From positions 5,344,001 through 5,408,000 of the forward strand of contig OZ245838.1 of the NCBI GenBank assembly GCA_965228735.1: a stretch of DNA of 64,000 bases, in the 5' to 3' direction. The notes beneath the pieces were generated by a model. It did no database searches, had not been told where the DNA came from, and saw nothing but the letters and a program-made list of their open reading frames with translations. The stretch comes from Planctomycetota bacterium. Its GTDB lineage: Bacteria > Planctomycetota > UBA1135 > UBA2386. A program made the translations under genes and the position numbers. Shown here piece by piece: positions 12,449 to 21,223 of this stretch (within the stretch, counting starts at the first letter, position 1; every line of letters starts with the position of its first letter).

Positions 12449-12964
12449 CTACTGGACGGTCACGTCGAGCGCGGGGCCGAAGCCGAGCTGGCCGCCGTTG
12501 CTCACGCCGACGCTCTGCACGCGGATGACCAGGCCGGTCGGCGCATTGTTCGGCACGTTGAGCGACCAGCCCGCGAGGCCCTGGTTGCAGGGCGTCGGAA
12601 CGAACGGCGGCGCGCTCGTGAGTCCGACCGTGACGACCTGCAGCGTCGCGCCGTGGAGCATCACCGGGTTGTCGATGCCCGGGATGGTTGCGCACGGGCC
12701 CGGCAGCGAGATGCCGATCATGAATGCCGTCTGCGGCGCCGAGCCGTGGGTGTAGTTGCGGAACGAGCCCGCCGGAACCGTGCCCGCGGGCAACGCGCCG
12801 CAGGTGACCGCGCCGCATTCCTGGCCGTAGATCACGGGTGCCGGATTGTTCGGCCGCGATGTGAGGCCGATGTCCGTGGCCTGCGCGGCGACCGGGGTCA
12901 GCAGCGAGCACGTCAACAGGGCGCTCGCGATCAGGTGGGAGGAGGTCAGAGTGGTGAGACGCAT
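12449..12964 (-). CDS. Secreted hypothetical protein
   Basis: RBS caggag before ATG 12964; signal peptide ending VAAQ. Confidence 0.7.
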   Translation of the reverse strand: MRLTTLTSSHLIASALLTCSLLTPVAAQATDIGLTSRPNNPAPVIYGQECGAVTCGALPAGTVPAGSFRNYTHGSAPQTAFMIGISLPGPCATIPGIDNPVMLHGATLQVVTVGLTSAPPFVPTPCNQGLAGWSLNVPNNAPTGLVIRVQSVGVSNGGQLGFGPALDVTVQ

Positions 12965-13112
12965 GTCGTTCTCCTGGATGGTCGTTGGACTGTCCTGACG
13001 AGCGCCGCGGCGACCGAGGTGGCAGGGGCTCAGCGTGCTCGGGAACAACCTAGTCCGTCAGTGGCCGGAGGTTGCCGCTTCGAGGCACATTGCCCGATAT
13101 GCTCCGGCCCCG

Positions 13113-13820
13113 ATGAGCACGTCACCGCGCGAGAGCTACGCGTTGCGGCGCACCCTGCGCGGTCGCTACTTCCTGCTCCTGCTCGCGCTCATCATCCTCG
13201 GCCTCTCGTACCCGCTGCTCCTGGCCGGTCTCGGCGGCCGCATCGCATGGCACGTCACGCTGTGGCTCGTGCTGCTCGGCGGCTGGCGCGCGATCGAACT
13301 GCACCCGCGCATGAACGGGGTGAGCGAGGCCCTCGCGCTCGCGGCGCTCGGCACCGGGATCTGGCAGCTGGTCGTCGGCGAGAACGAGGTCGTGCCGACG
13401 GTTCTGTTCGCCGCGACGACGTTCGTGTTCCTCGCCGTCACGGAGGTCGTGCTCCTCGCGGACGTGCTCGGGGGCGATGCGCGGGCCGTCGACGTCGACA
13501 AGCTGCTCGGAGTGATCTGCGCCTACGTCGTGCTCGGGCTCGCCTTCGCGTTCTTGTTCCTCATCTGCCACGCGCTCGACCCGGAGGTCGGCGCCATCAC
13601 GCCGTGCCCCGAGGAATCGTGGATCGCGGATTACCTGTATTTCAGCTTCGCCACGCTCACGACGGTGGGCTACGGGGATCTCGTGCCCGTCGGCGCGTTC
13701 CCGCGGTTGATCGCGGCCTCCGAATCCGTCGTCGGGATGCTCTACCTCACGATCGTGGTCGCGCGTCTCGTTGGGCTGCACATCTCGAGGAACATCGGCG
13801 TGCCGCTCGGGCGCGGCTGA
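13113..13820 (+). CDS. Potassium channel family (Ion_trans_2) membrane protein
   Basis: YFSFATLTTVGYGD selectivity-filter motif; TATGCT box 9 nt before ATG 13113. Confidence 0.88.
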   Translation: MSTSPRESYALRRTLRGRYFLLLLALIILGLSYPLLLAGLGGRIAWHVTLWLVLLGGWRAIELHPRMNGVSEALALAALGTGIWQLVVGENEVVPTVLFAATTFVFLAVTEVVLLADVLGGDARAVDVDKLLGVICAYVVLGLAFAFLFLICHALDPEVGAITPCPEESWIADYLYFSFATLTTVGYGDLVPVGAFPRLIAASESVVGMLYLTIVVARLVGLHISRNIGVPLGRG

Positions 13821-13861
13821 ACGGTTGACTCGCACGTCGTGGACGTTCCACTCGCAGGCAG

Positions 13862-15184
13862 ATGACTGACGAGATCGCCGTACGGTTCGGGCGCGGGCGC
13901 ATGTCGCTGCGGCTGCCGTCGTCGGCGACCGTGCTGTGCGGGCCGGAGATCCCGCCGCTCGCCGATCCGGAGGGCGAAGTCCGCGCCGCGTTGCGTGGGC
14001 CGATCGGCGCCGAGCCGCTGGGCGCGATCGCGCGGCAGCGTTCGCCGAAGTCCGTCGTCATCACGATGAGCGACATCACGCGGCCCGTGCCGAACGAGCT
14101 GCTGATCACCGCGATCCTCGCGGAGCTCAACGCGGCGGGGGTGCCCGACAGCGCCTGCACGATCCTCATCGCGACCGGCATGCATCGGCCGTCGACGGCC
14201 GCAGAACGTAACCACATGCTCGGCCGCGAGCTCTTGCAGCGTTGTCGCGTCGTCGACCACGAGGCCGATCGCATCGAAGACCTCGTGCGCATCGCCGACG
14301 ACCCGCCGATCAGCATCGCGCGGCTCTATGCCGATGCCGATCTCAAGATCGTCACCGGGCTCATCGAGCCGCACTTCATGGCCGGCTACTCGGGCGGTCG
14401 CAAGGGCATCTGTCCCGGGCTCGTGGATCTCGACACCGTGCAGCGCTTTCACGGTCATCGCGTGATGGGGGATCCGGCCGCCGTCGAAGGGCGCATGCCG
14501 GGCAACCCGTGCCACGCGATCGCGATGCGCGTCGCCGCGCAGGTCGGGTGCGACTTCCTCGTCAACGTCGCGATCACGCACGATCGCCGGCCGGCGGGCA
14601 TCTATGCCGGTGATCTCGTGCAGGCGCACGAGGCCGGTTGCGCGCAGGTCGAGGCGTGGACGAGTGCGCAGGTCGACGAGCCGTTCGACCTCGTCGTGCA
14701 GTCGGCCGGCGGCTACCCGCTCGACGAGAGCTTCTACCAGACGATCAAGGGCATGGTCACCGCACTGCCCGCGCTGCACGATCGGTCCGAGCTGCTGATG
14801 TGTTCCGCGTGCACGGAGGTCGGCTCACCCGAGTTCACCGCGCTGCTGCAGCGCTACGGCCGCGATCATCGCGCGTTCCTCGCGGCGATCACGGCGACGG
14901 ACGTGACCGGCAAGGATCAGTGGCAGTATCAGATGCAGGCACGCGTGCTCGACCGCATCGGGCTCGCACGGCTGAAGTTCGCCGGCGACGGGCTGCCGAT
15001 GGAGCTGCAGCGCGAGCTGCCGATCACTCCGCTCGCGGGCCCGGGCGACGCGGTCGAGCGGGCGCAGCGCCACATCGACGAGTTCGTGCGCTCGCGGCCG
15101 GGCGCCCGGATCGCGGTGATTCCGGAAGGGCCCTACACGATGCTGCGATCGGCCCGGGTCGGTCCCGGGGATACCGGCCCGTGA
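13862..15184 (+). CDS. larA: Nickel-pincer-dependent lactate racemase family protein
   Basis: SDITRPVP, ATGMHRP and PHFMAGYSGGRKGICPG motifs. Confidence 0.88.
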   Translation: MTDEIAVRFGRGRMSLRLPSSATVLCGPEIPPLADPEGEVRAALRGPIGAEPLGAIARQRSPKSVVITMSDITRPVPNELLITAILAELNAAGVPDSACTILIATGMHRPSTAAERNHMLGRELLQRCRVVDHEADRIEDLVRIADDPPISIARLYADADLKIVTGLIEPHFMAGYSGGRKGICPGLVDLDTVQRFHGHRVMGDPAAVEGRMPGNPCHAIAMRVAAQVGCDFLVNVAITHDRRPAGIYAGDLVQAHEAGCAQVEAWTSAQVDEPFDLVVQSAGGYPLDESFYQTIKGMVTALPALHDRSELLMCSACTEVGSPEFTALLQRYGRDHRAFLAAITATDVTGKDQWQYQMQARVLDRIGLARLKFAGDGLPMELQRELPITPLAGPGDAVERAQRHIDEFVRSRPGARIAVIPEGPYTMLRSARVGPGDTGP

Positions 15185-15711
15185 GCGAACTGCGTGACGC
15201 CTCGACCACCCGCCGTCTCGGTCGGACGCCGCGACTCCGGGCGCTCGCGGACTGTGTGCCGCCCGGGACGCGCACGTTCGTTGACGTCGGCACCAACCAC
15301 GGCATCCTGCCGCTCGCCGTGCTGCTCGACCAACGTGCCGAACGCTGCATCGCGATCGACAAGTCGAGGACGGCGCTCGTAGAGACCGAGCGGCGCCTGC
15401 GTCGGCTCGAGTGCGGGAAGCGCGTCGAGCTGCGGCTCGATGACGGTTTGTCGACGCTCGCGGGCGACGAGACGATCGACGTCATCTGTCTCGCCGGCCT
15501 CGGGCCGCGGACGATCCTCGACGTGCTCGACGGCGGCAGCGCCGTCCTCGAAGGAGCGCGCGAACGCCCGCTGCGGCTCGTGCTCAACCCGCTCGCGAGT
15601 GACCGCGGCCCGCGGGCCTGGCTCGAACGTCACGGCTATCGGCTCGTGCGCGACTTCGTCGTGCCAGAACGTGGCCGCGAGTACGTCGTGCTCGCGGCCG
15701 AGCTGCCGTAG
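15181..15711 (+). CDS. SAM-dependent methyltransferase, tRNA (adenine22-N1) TrmK-like
   Basis: RLRALADCVP...DVGTNHGILP...DDGL...ICLAGLG pattern; GTG start overlaps the larA stop. Confidence 0.75.
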   Translation: MSELRDASTTRRLGRTPRLRALADCVPPGTRTFVDVGTNHGILPLAVLLDQRAERCIAIDKSRTALVETERRLRRLECGKRVELRLDDGLSTLAGDETIDVICLAGLGPRTILDVLDGGSAVLEGARERPLRLVLNPLASDRGPRAWLERHGYRLVRDFVVPERGREYVVLAAELP

Positions 15712-15714
15712 CCC

Positions 15715-16719
15715 TCACGTCTCGACCCGGCGCGAGCGGATCGCTTCGGCGAGCGCCACGATGCTGAGCGGCGCGGAGCCCTCGGCCTTGTTGTTGACGA
15801 TGACGGTGACCGGTAGCTCGAGGCCGAGCGCGTCCTCGCAGAGATCCGCAATGGCCGCGCGGCTGTCGGGGTCTTCGTCGACGAGGCGGTCGAAGGGCGT
15901 GTAGCGCGCCTTCGCGGTCTCGTACTCGAACCCGTGGTGCAGCATCCAGCGCACCGTGACCGCATGGCCCGAACCCGGGCGCAGCGGCGCCAGCTCGAGC
16001 TGACGGGCGAGCGCCGGCATTCGCGGGTGCACGCTGTAGCAGTGCTGCGCGCCGGCAGCGGTGATCACATCGACGTAGCGCTCGGTCAGCAGTTCGGTGT
16101 CGCGGAGCTCGATCGTGTAGTCCACGCCCGTCGGCAACCGTTCGAGCAGCGCGGCGACGCGCTCGGCGAACGCATCGGGTTCGCGCGTGATGGTGCGACC
16201 CTGCGGCGGGAACTGGAACAACAGCGGCCCGAGCTTGTTACCGAGCCCTTCGACCGCGGGCGCGATCACGCTGTCGACCGTCGTGTCGAAGTCGAGGTAG
16301 CGTGCGTTCTTGCCGGATTGCCCGCGCACCGTCGGGCTCGTGACCTCGCCCCAGACCTTCACGAGGAACCGGAAGTCGGCCGGCACCTGCCCGGCATAGG
16401 CCGCGAAGTCCGCGGTGTCGATGGGGGCGTAGAACGTGCGGTCCAGCCCGACCGCGCGCAGCAGCGGATGCCGTGAGTAGGGCGCGAGGCCGTCACGCGA
16501 CAGCCGCGACTTGGCGGATTCCGGGGCGTAGACCACCCCGCGCCAGCCCGGGAAGTTCCACGAGGACGTGCCGAAGCGCAGTCCGGCCGGCAGGCTCGCG
16601 GCGGTCGCGCGAACGTCGTCGCCGACGTCCGCCGGCGCGAGCGCCGCCGCCCGCTTCGGTTCCGGTTCCAGCGAACCGAACAGGCCTTGTTGTTGTGGCG
16701 CCACGATCCAGGTGAACAT
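15715..16719 (-). CDS. DUF72 family protein
   Basis: GTSSWNFPGW, DRTFYAP, FRFLVK and LGPLLFQFPP motifs. Confidence 0.88.
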   Translation of the reverse strand: MFTWIVAPQQQGLFGSLEPEPKRAAALAPADVGDDVRATAASLPAGLRFGTSSWNFPGWRGVVYAPESAKSRLSRDGLAPYSRHPLLRAVGLDRTFYAPIDTADFAAYAGQVPADFRFLVKVWGEVTSPTVRGQSGKNARYLDFDTTVDSVIAPAVEGLGNKLGPLLFQFPPQGRTITREPDAFAERVAALLERLPTGVDYTIELRDTELLTERYVDVITAAGAQHCYSVHPRMPALARQLELAPLRPGSGHAVTVRWMLHHGFEYETAKARYTPFDRLVDEDPDSRAAIADLCEDALGLELPVTVIVNNKAEGSAPLSIVALAEAIRSRRVET

Positions 16720-16783
16720 ACCGAACCCGGTATCCTTGTCTCATCCCGTGATAGCTGGAACGACCTTCCTCAGCGACGTGCGC

Positions 16784-17179
16784 ATGTCGTGGCCGCAGTG
16801 GCTGACCATGCTCGTGGTTGCCGTAGCGGCTACTTTCTTCTTCGCCGAGCGCGTGGATCCGGGGCTCGTCGTGCACGGCGTCCTCTGGCTCGTCGTCGGG
16901 TTCGCGCTCTTGCCGATCGGTTTCACCATCGGGCTCGCTGCCGTCGCGCTCACGATCACCGTCTTGCTCGGCCTGATCGCCCTGCCGGCGTATCTGACGG
17001 GTCGGCCAACGGGTCAACGCGATGTGGTCACGGCAGCGTGGCAGCTGCCCGGGCACGTTCTCCCCGGCTTCTGGCGCGCGTTGCGTCGCGTGCGAAAGCC
17101 GCGACTGTGGGGCGCGGTCGTCGGCACCCAGATCGGTGTCCTGCTGTTCCTGTCGCTCCGTGGGTTGACGCCGGCGTGA
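16784..17179 (+). CDS. Small membrane hypothetical protein
   Basis: Several hydrophobic segments; fills the gap between DUF72 and the VOC gene. Confidence 0.55.
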   Translation: MSWPQWLTMLVVAVAATFFFAERVDPGLVVHGVLWLVVGFALLPIGFTIGLAAVALTITVLLGLIALPAYLTGRPTGQRDVVTAAWQLPGHVLPGFWRALRRVRKPRLWGAVVGTQIGVLLFLSLRGLTPA

Positions 17180-17216
17180 CGCCGCGGGGTCGTCGTCCGG
17201 CGGCTACACTCCGGCG

Positions 17217-17636
17217 ATGGCAGAGGATCAAGAACGCTCGCACAAGGAGCCCGGGTTCACGTTCGTCACGCCCGTGCTCTGCGTGAACGATCTCCCGCAG
17301 AGCCTGACGTACTACCGCGATCGCCTCGGCTTCGCGGTCGCGTGGGCGTGGGCCGAGGAGGAGGCGTTCGAGGCGCCGAGCCATCCGACGTTCGCCTGCG
17401 TGTGCCGCGGCGAGGTGTCGGTCTTTCTCTGCGAGAAGGGGCAGGGCAACCCCGGCAGCTGGCTCATGCTCAACCTGAGCGATCGCGAGCAGCTCGACGT
17501 CGTGCACCGCGAGTATCAGCAGAGCGGGGCGAAGATCGTGCAGCCCCCGACCGACGAGTCGTGGGGCATGCGCGAGATGATCGTCGCGGACCTCGACGGC
17601 AACACGCTGCGGATCGGTGTCGGCGTCGGCACCTGA
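17217..17636 (+). CDS. VOC/glyoxalase-bleomycin resistance family protein
   Basis: PVLCVNDLPQSLTYYRDRLGF and WGMREMIVADLDGNTLRIG. Confidence 0.88.
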   Translation: MAEDQERSHKEPGFTFVTPVLCVNDLPQSLTYYRDRLGFAVAWAWAEEEAFEAPSHPTFACVCRGEVSVFLCEKGQGNPGSWLMLNLSDREQLDVVHREYQQSGAKIVQPPTDESWGMREMIVADLDGNTLRIGVGVGT

Positions 17637-17648
17637 TCGCCGATCGTT

Positions 17649-18200
17649 CTACTCCTGCAGCCGCGCGATGATCTCGAGCAGCTGGTCGCCGTGGCCGCCG
17701 AGGTCGACCTTCTTGGTCACGTGCCGGATCACGCCCTGTGGGTCGATGATGAACGTGACGCGGCGGGCGTAGGGTCGGCCGTCCATCAGCACGCCGTACT
17801 TCTCGGCGACGCTGCCGTCCGGGTCACTCAGCAGCGCGAACTCGAACCCGTGGTCGAGCTTGAACGCGGCCTGCGCGCGCACGCTGTCGAGGCTGATGCC
17901 GTAGATCGTCGTGTCGTGTTCTGCGAAGCGTTTCGCTGCGTCCCGCAGCGAGCACATCTGCTTCGTTCAACCGCCGGTCGCGGCCTTGGGATAGAACGCG
18001 AGCACCGTCCACTTCTTGCTCTTGCCGCCGACGCTCGTGAGCGCGCCGCCGTCGTCGTTGAGGCGGAACTTGGGCGCGGGGCTGCCGACGACGGCGCCGG
18101 CAGGAGCGGGTTTCGGCGTCGGCGCAGGCGGATCCTGGGCCGTGACCGGCAGGCAGAGGAGCAGGGCCGGGAGCGCGGCGAGGAGGCGGGATCGGATCAT
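17649..18200 (-). CDS. bcp: BCP/PrxQ-type peroxiredoxin, predicted selenoprotein (Sec at TGA 17969-17967), with signal peptide
   Basis: Reading through the TGA gives a continuous 183-aa Prx: ...VLAFYPKAATGG-U-TKQMCSLRD...GISLD...LLSDPDG...RRVTFIIDPQGVIR. The TGA occupies the peroxidatic Cys position of PxxxTxxC. Confidence 0.88.
17933..17951 (-). promoter_or_regulatory. Putative bacterial SECIS hairpin for the Prx UGA
   Basis: mRNA UCGCUGC-GGGAC-GCAGCGA, a perfect stem starting after a 15-nt spacer downstream of the UGA. Confidence 0.7.
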
Positions 18201-19621
18201 GGCGTCGGTTCGGTTGCGGGTTCTGGCTTCTGGAACAACGCGTCGGCGCAGGCGACGAGCACGAGCGCCGCGAGCGGCGTGACGTGCAGGACCGTTCGTC
18301 GAGCTGCCGTCAGCAGATGCCAGAGCAGCGGATTCGTGGTCCCGATGAATACGAGCATGTAGGCCAGGAGTGCCCCGAGCAATGCGATGGCCGGCATGAA
18401 CCGTGGTGTGCGCCAGATCCGTGGAATCGCGAACGGGACGGCTACCAGCGCGATGAGCACCAGCCAGCGCTCGTTGCCGCTGCCGAGCAGTTCGGCATAG
18501 AACCGCAGCACTTCGGGGCCGTTCTCGGGCAGCAGCGTCAGGCTGCGCTCGACGAGGCCCATGCCGTCGCCGAGCCGGGGGTCGACGAGGTCGGTGACGA
18601 GGTCGTAGCTGCTGTTGAACCCTTGGCCGGCCGCGAGGATCGCGATCGGCACGAGCAGCCACGACCATTCCCGGCGCAGCGCGCGCGCCGGCTGCCAGGT
18701 GCTTGCGCGTTCGGCCCGCGGTCCGAAGAGCGCGATGGCGTGCTGCAGCAGCGCCGCGATGGCGAGGACGAGCGCGAGCATGACGCCTTCGTTTTTCGTC
18801 GCGACGGCAGCACCGAGCGCGAGCGCCATGAGCCGGAAGTGAGTCACGCCGGCGCCGGCCTGCCAGCGGAGGTAGGCGAGCCCCGCACCGAGAATGCAGA
18901 ATGCGAGCATCGCGTCCGCGCACGCCGTCGCGCCGACCGAGAGGAACGTCTCCGACGTCGCGAAGGCGAGAATCGCGAGATCGGCGAGCCAGCGCGGTCG
19001 CGTGTTCACGAAGCCGCCGGACATGAGCAGCAGCAGCGCGAACGAGAACGCCTGGACCGGGATCCGGCTCTCGAACGGCAGCACCTCGCCGCTGCCCGCG
19101 AACGCGAGCACCTGCACGAGCGGGTCGAACAGCGGGTAGGCCTGGTGCACGACGTGGAACGCGAGGCCGAAGTCGAGCGCGAAGTCGGGCGCGGTGTAGA
19201 GCAGCCGCGCCTTGGAGTTCCAGATCAGGCCTTCGTCGCCGCCGACGATCGGGCCGAAGTTGAGGTCGATGCAGCCGGCGAGCAGGATCAGGCTCGCGAT
19301 CGCGAGCACCGTTCCCGCGCGCCAGTCGAGCGGGCGTGCGGGTTCGTCGACCTCGTCGCGTCGCCGGCGAAGACCGACGGCGAGCAGCCCGCCGCCGACC
19401 GCGGCGCCGAACACGGGGAGCAGGACGCCCGGTCCCGGCTGGCCGGCAGCGAGCCACGCGAACGTGAGTGGCGCGAGGAGCAACTGGCCGACGAGGTAGG
19501 AGTAGGCGAGGAACACCCGCCGGCCGGCCCGAAACCGCAGCCCCAGACATCGGACCACCCCGGCTCCGAGGATCGCCGGCGCGAGCACCGCCGTCGCGAT
19601 GGTGAGCAGCTGACCCGTCAC
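18197..19621 (-). CDS. Polytopic membrane protein, GT-C/ArnT-like glycosyltransferase fold suspected
   Basis: About 12 TM segments with GDEGLIWNSKA, HQAYP and TKNEG motifs; its stop overlaps the Prx ATG (ATGA). Confidence 0.6.
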   Translation of the reverse strand: MTGQLLTIATAVLAPAILGAGVVRCLGLRFRAGRRVFLAYSYLVGQLLLAPLTFAWLAAGQPGPGVLLPVFGAAVGGGLLAVGLRRRRDEVDEPARPLDWRAGTVLAIASLILLAGCIDLNFGPIVGGDEGLIWNSKARLLYTAPDFALDFGLAFHVVHQAYPLFDPLVQVLAFAGSGEVLPFESRIPVQAFSFALLLLMSGGFVNTRPRWLADLAILAFATSETFLSVGATACADAMLAFCILGAGLAYLRWQAGAGVTHFRLMALALGAAVATKNEGVMLALVLAIAALLQHAIALFGPRAERASTWQPARALRREWSWLLVPIAILAAGQGFNSSYDLVTDLVDPRLGDGMGLVERSLTLLPENGPEVLRFYAELLGSGNERWLVLIALVAVPFAIPRIWRTPRFMPAIALLGALLAYMLVFIGTTNPLLWHLLTAARRTVLHVTPLAALVLVACADALFQKPEPATEPTP

Positions 19622-20184
19622 GGCTTGCGATACCGCCAGAGCTGGCAGCGAACGTTCTCCGCGGCGAGTTCCCAGCCCGGCCGCTCGGCAGGCCGCCCGA
19701 ACGCCGCCGGCATCGCTGCGGCCTGCACGCCGACGGTCGCTTCGATCGGGCGCACGACCGCGTCACCGGGGGCGACGATCCACGTCGTCTTGCCGTCCTG
19801 CGCCATCGTCTCGGCGTCGGCGAACGCGTCGGCCGAACGCAGGATGATCGGCGCCGGGAACGTGAACATCCGCAGCTGGGTCGCCGTCCTGACCCACGCC
19901 TGGATCGGCGTCGTCTCGCCGCCGAGCGACTGGGCGTTGCGGTCCGTGCGGAACAGCGCCGGCCACGCGACGAACGTCAGGTCGTCCGGCGGGATCGTCG
20001 CGTCGATGAGCTCGACGATCGCCACGTCGTCGCCGAACGCGTGCCGCAAGCGGGCCTCCTCGTCGGCGACGAGCCGCGTGCAGAGTTCGGGTGCGGTGCG
20101 CACGACGCGACTGCCGTGACGCCACAGGCCGCGGCCGACCTGGTAGGCCAGCGCGAGACCGAGCAGCACGACGACGAGGCGCAT
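19618..20184 (-). CDS. Hypothetical protein with N-terminal membrane anchor
   Basis: TATGGT box 7 nt before ATG 20184; its stop overlaps the downstream GTG. Confidence 0.6.
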   Translation of the reverse strand: MRLVVVLLGLALAYQVGRGLWRHGSRVVRTAPELCTRLVADEEARLRHAFGDDVAIVELIDATIPPDDLTFVAWPALFRTDRNAQSLGGETTPIQAWVRTATQLRMFTFPAPIILRSADAFADAETMAQDGKTTWIVAPGDAVVRPIEATVGVQAAAMPAAFGRPAERPGWELAAENVRCQLWRYRKP

Positions 20185-20222
20185 GGCCGGGACCATATCG
20201 CACCCCGGCGGTCACACGACGG

Positions 20223-20774
20223 CTACTTCTTGCCCTTGTCGCCGCCGGTCTTGTCCGGCACTTCGATCAACGTCCGCGCCCACATCGTGTCGAACCGCAC
20301 CTCGAGCTGCAGCCGCGTGTGCTCCTTGTCTCCGGCCGGTTGCACGTCGATGCTCATGTGCTCGTAGAGCAGCGAGTTCTCGTCGAGCTCGGTCGCGAGC
20401 ACGATCGCGTCGTCGCCGGGTCGGCTGAAGCCGCGCCCCTCGTGCAGCGTGAGCTCCCAGCCGCCCTTCTTCGTCTTGCGTGCACTCAGCGCGTACCGCC
20501 CAGCCTTCACCTCCTGACCGCCGACGACGAGATCACCCGTCGTCGCGAACGTCGCGCCGGCGAGGTGCCACGCCTTGCCGGCCGCCATCTTCTCGGCGCC
20601 GGCCTTGTCGAACGTGACCGTCTGATAGCGCACGGTGACGGTGAGTTCCTGCGAGACGCGACACTCGAGTGTCTTGGGGAAGTGCGGGTGGAACGGAACG
20701 GGCGGCGCCCACCCGACGCTGGCCATCGTGACCAGGAGGAGCGGGGCGGCGACCAGGGCGAGCTTGCGGTTCAT
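20223..20774 (-). CDS. DUF2911-like secreted protein
   Basis: Signal peptide and W.L.G...F.T..DL.VGG..VKAGRY.L pattern. Confidence 0.65.
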   Translation of the reverse strand: MNRKLALVAAPLLLVTMASVGWAPPVPFHPHFPKTLECRVSQELTVTVRYQTVTFDKAGAEKMAAGKAWHLAGATFATTGDLVVGGQEVKAGRYALSARKTKKGGWELTLHEGRGFSRPGDDAIVLATELDENSLLYEHMSIDVQPAGDKEHTRLQLEVRFDTMWARTLIEVPDKTGGDKGKK

Positions 20775-20915
20775 GCCCGCCACGGTCGGCGGTCGGACCG
20801 CAACCTGCCAGTGGCGCATGGCGGGCTGTGGCCGTTATGACGAAATCGCGACCCGGCGACCACGGCACCGGGCAATTCGAGTAGCATGCGGGACCACGCC
20901 AGGAGGTGCCTTTTC

Positions 20916-21158
20916 ATGGCAAGTCCCCATGCAGTCGATGGCGTCGTCGTCGTCTCCGTTCCGACGCCGCCAAGTCAGTCTCATCTGGCCGCAAAACGCG
21001 AGGAGCTGATCCTGCGCGAGCTTGCCCCGGATCACTTCCGGTGGTTCCACGCCGATGGAACCCAGACCGTCGTCGAGGGCCGCTCGATCGATCACGCTCT
21101 GCGGGTCGCGGGACTCGTGTGGAGCGACGTCGAGGTCGTGCGGCGCGCGCCGAACTGA
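20916..21158 (+). CDS. Small hypothetical protein (80 aa)
   Basis: Strong RBS aggagg before ATG 20916. Confidence 0.55.
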   Translation: MASPHAVDGVVVVSVPTPPSQSHLAAKREELILRELAPDHFRWFHADGTQTVVEGRSIDHALRVAGLVWSDVEVVRRAPN

Positions 21159-21194
21159 CCTCGAGCTGGCGCCGAACTGGCCCCGAACTGGCGC
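21151..21194 (+). repeat. 4 x 11-bp tandem repeat overlapping the stop codon
   Basis: cgaactgacct / cgagctggcgc / cgaactggccc / cgaactggcgc. Confidence 0.6.
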
Positions 21195-21223
21195 CGGTCG
21201 ACGACTCCGCCCGAGCGCCGCGG

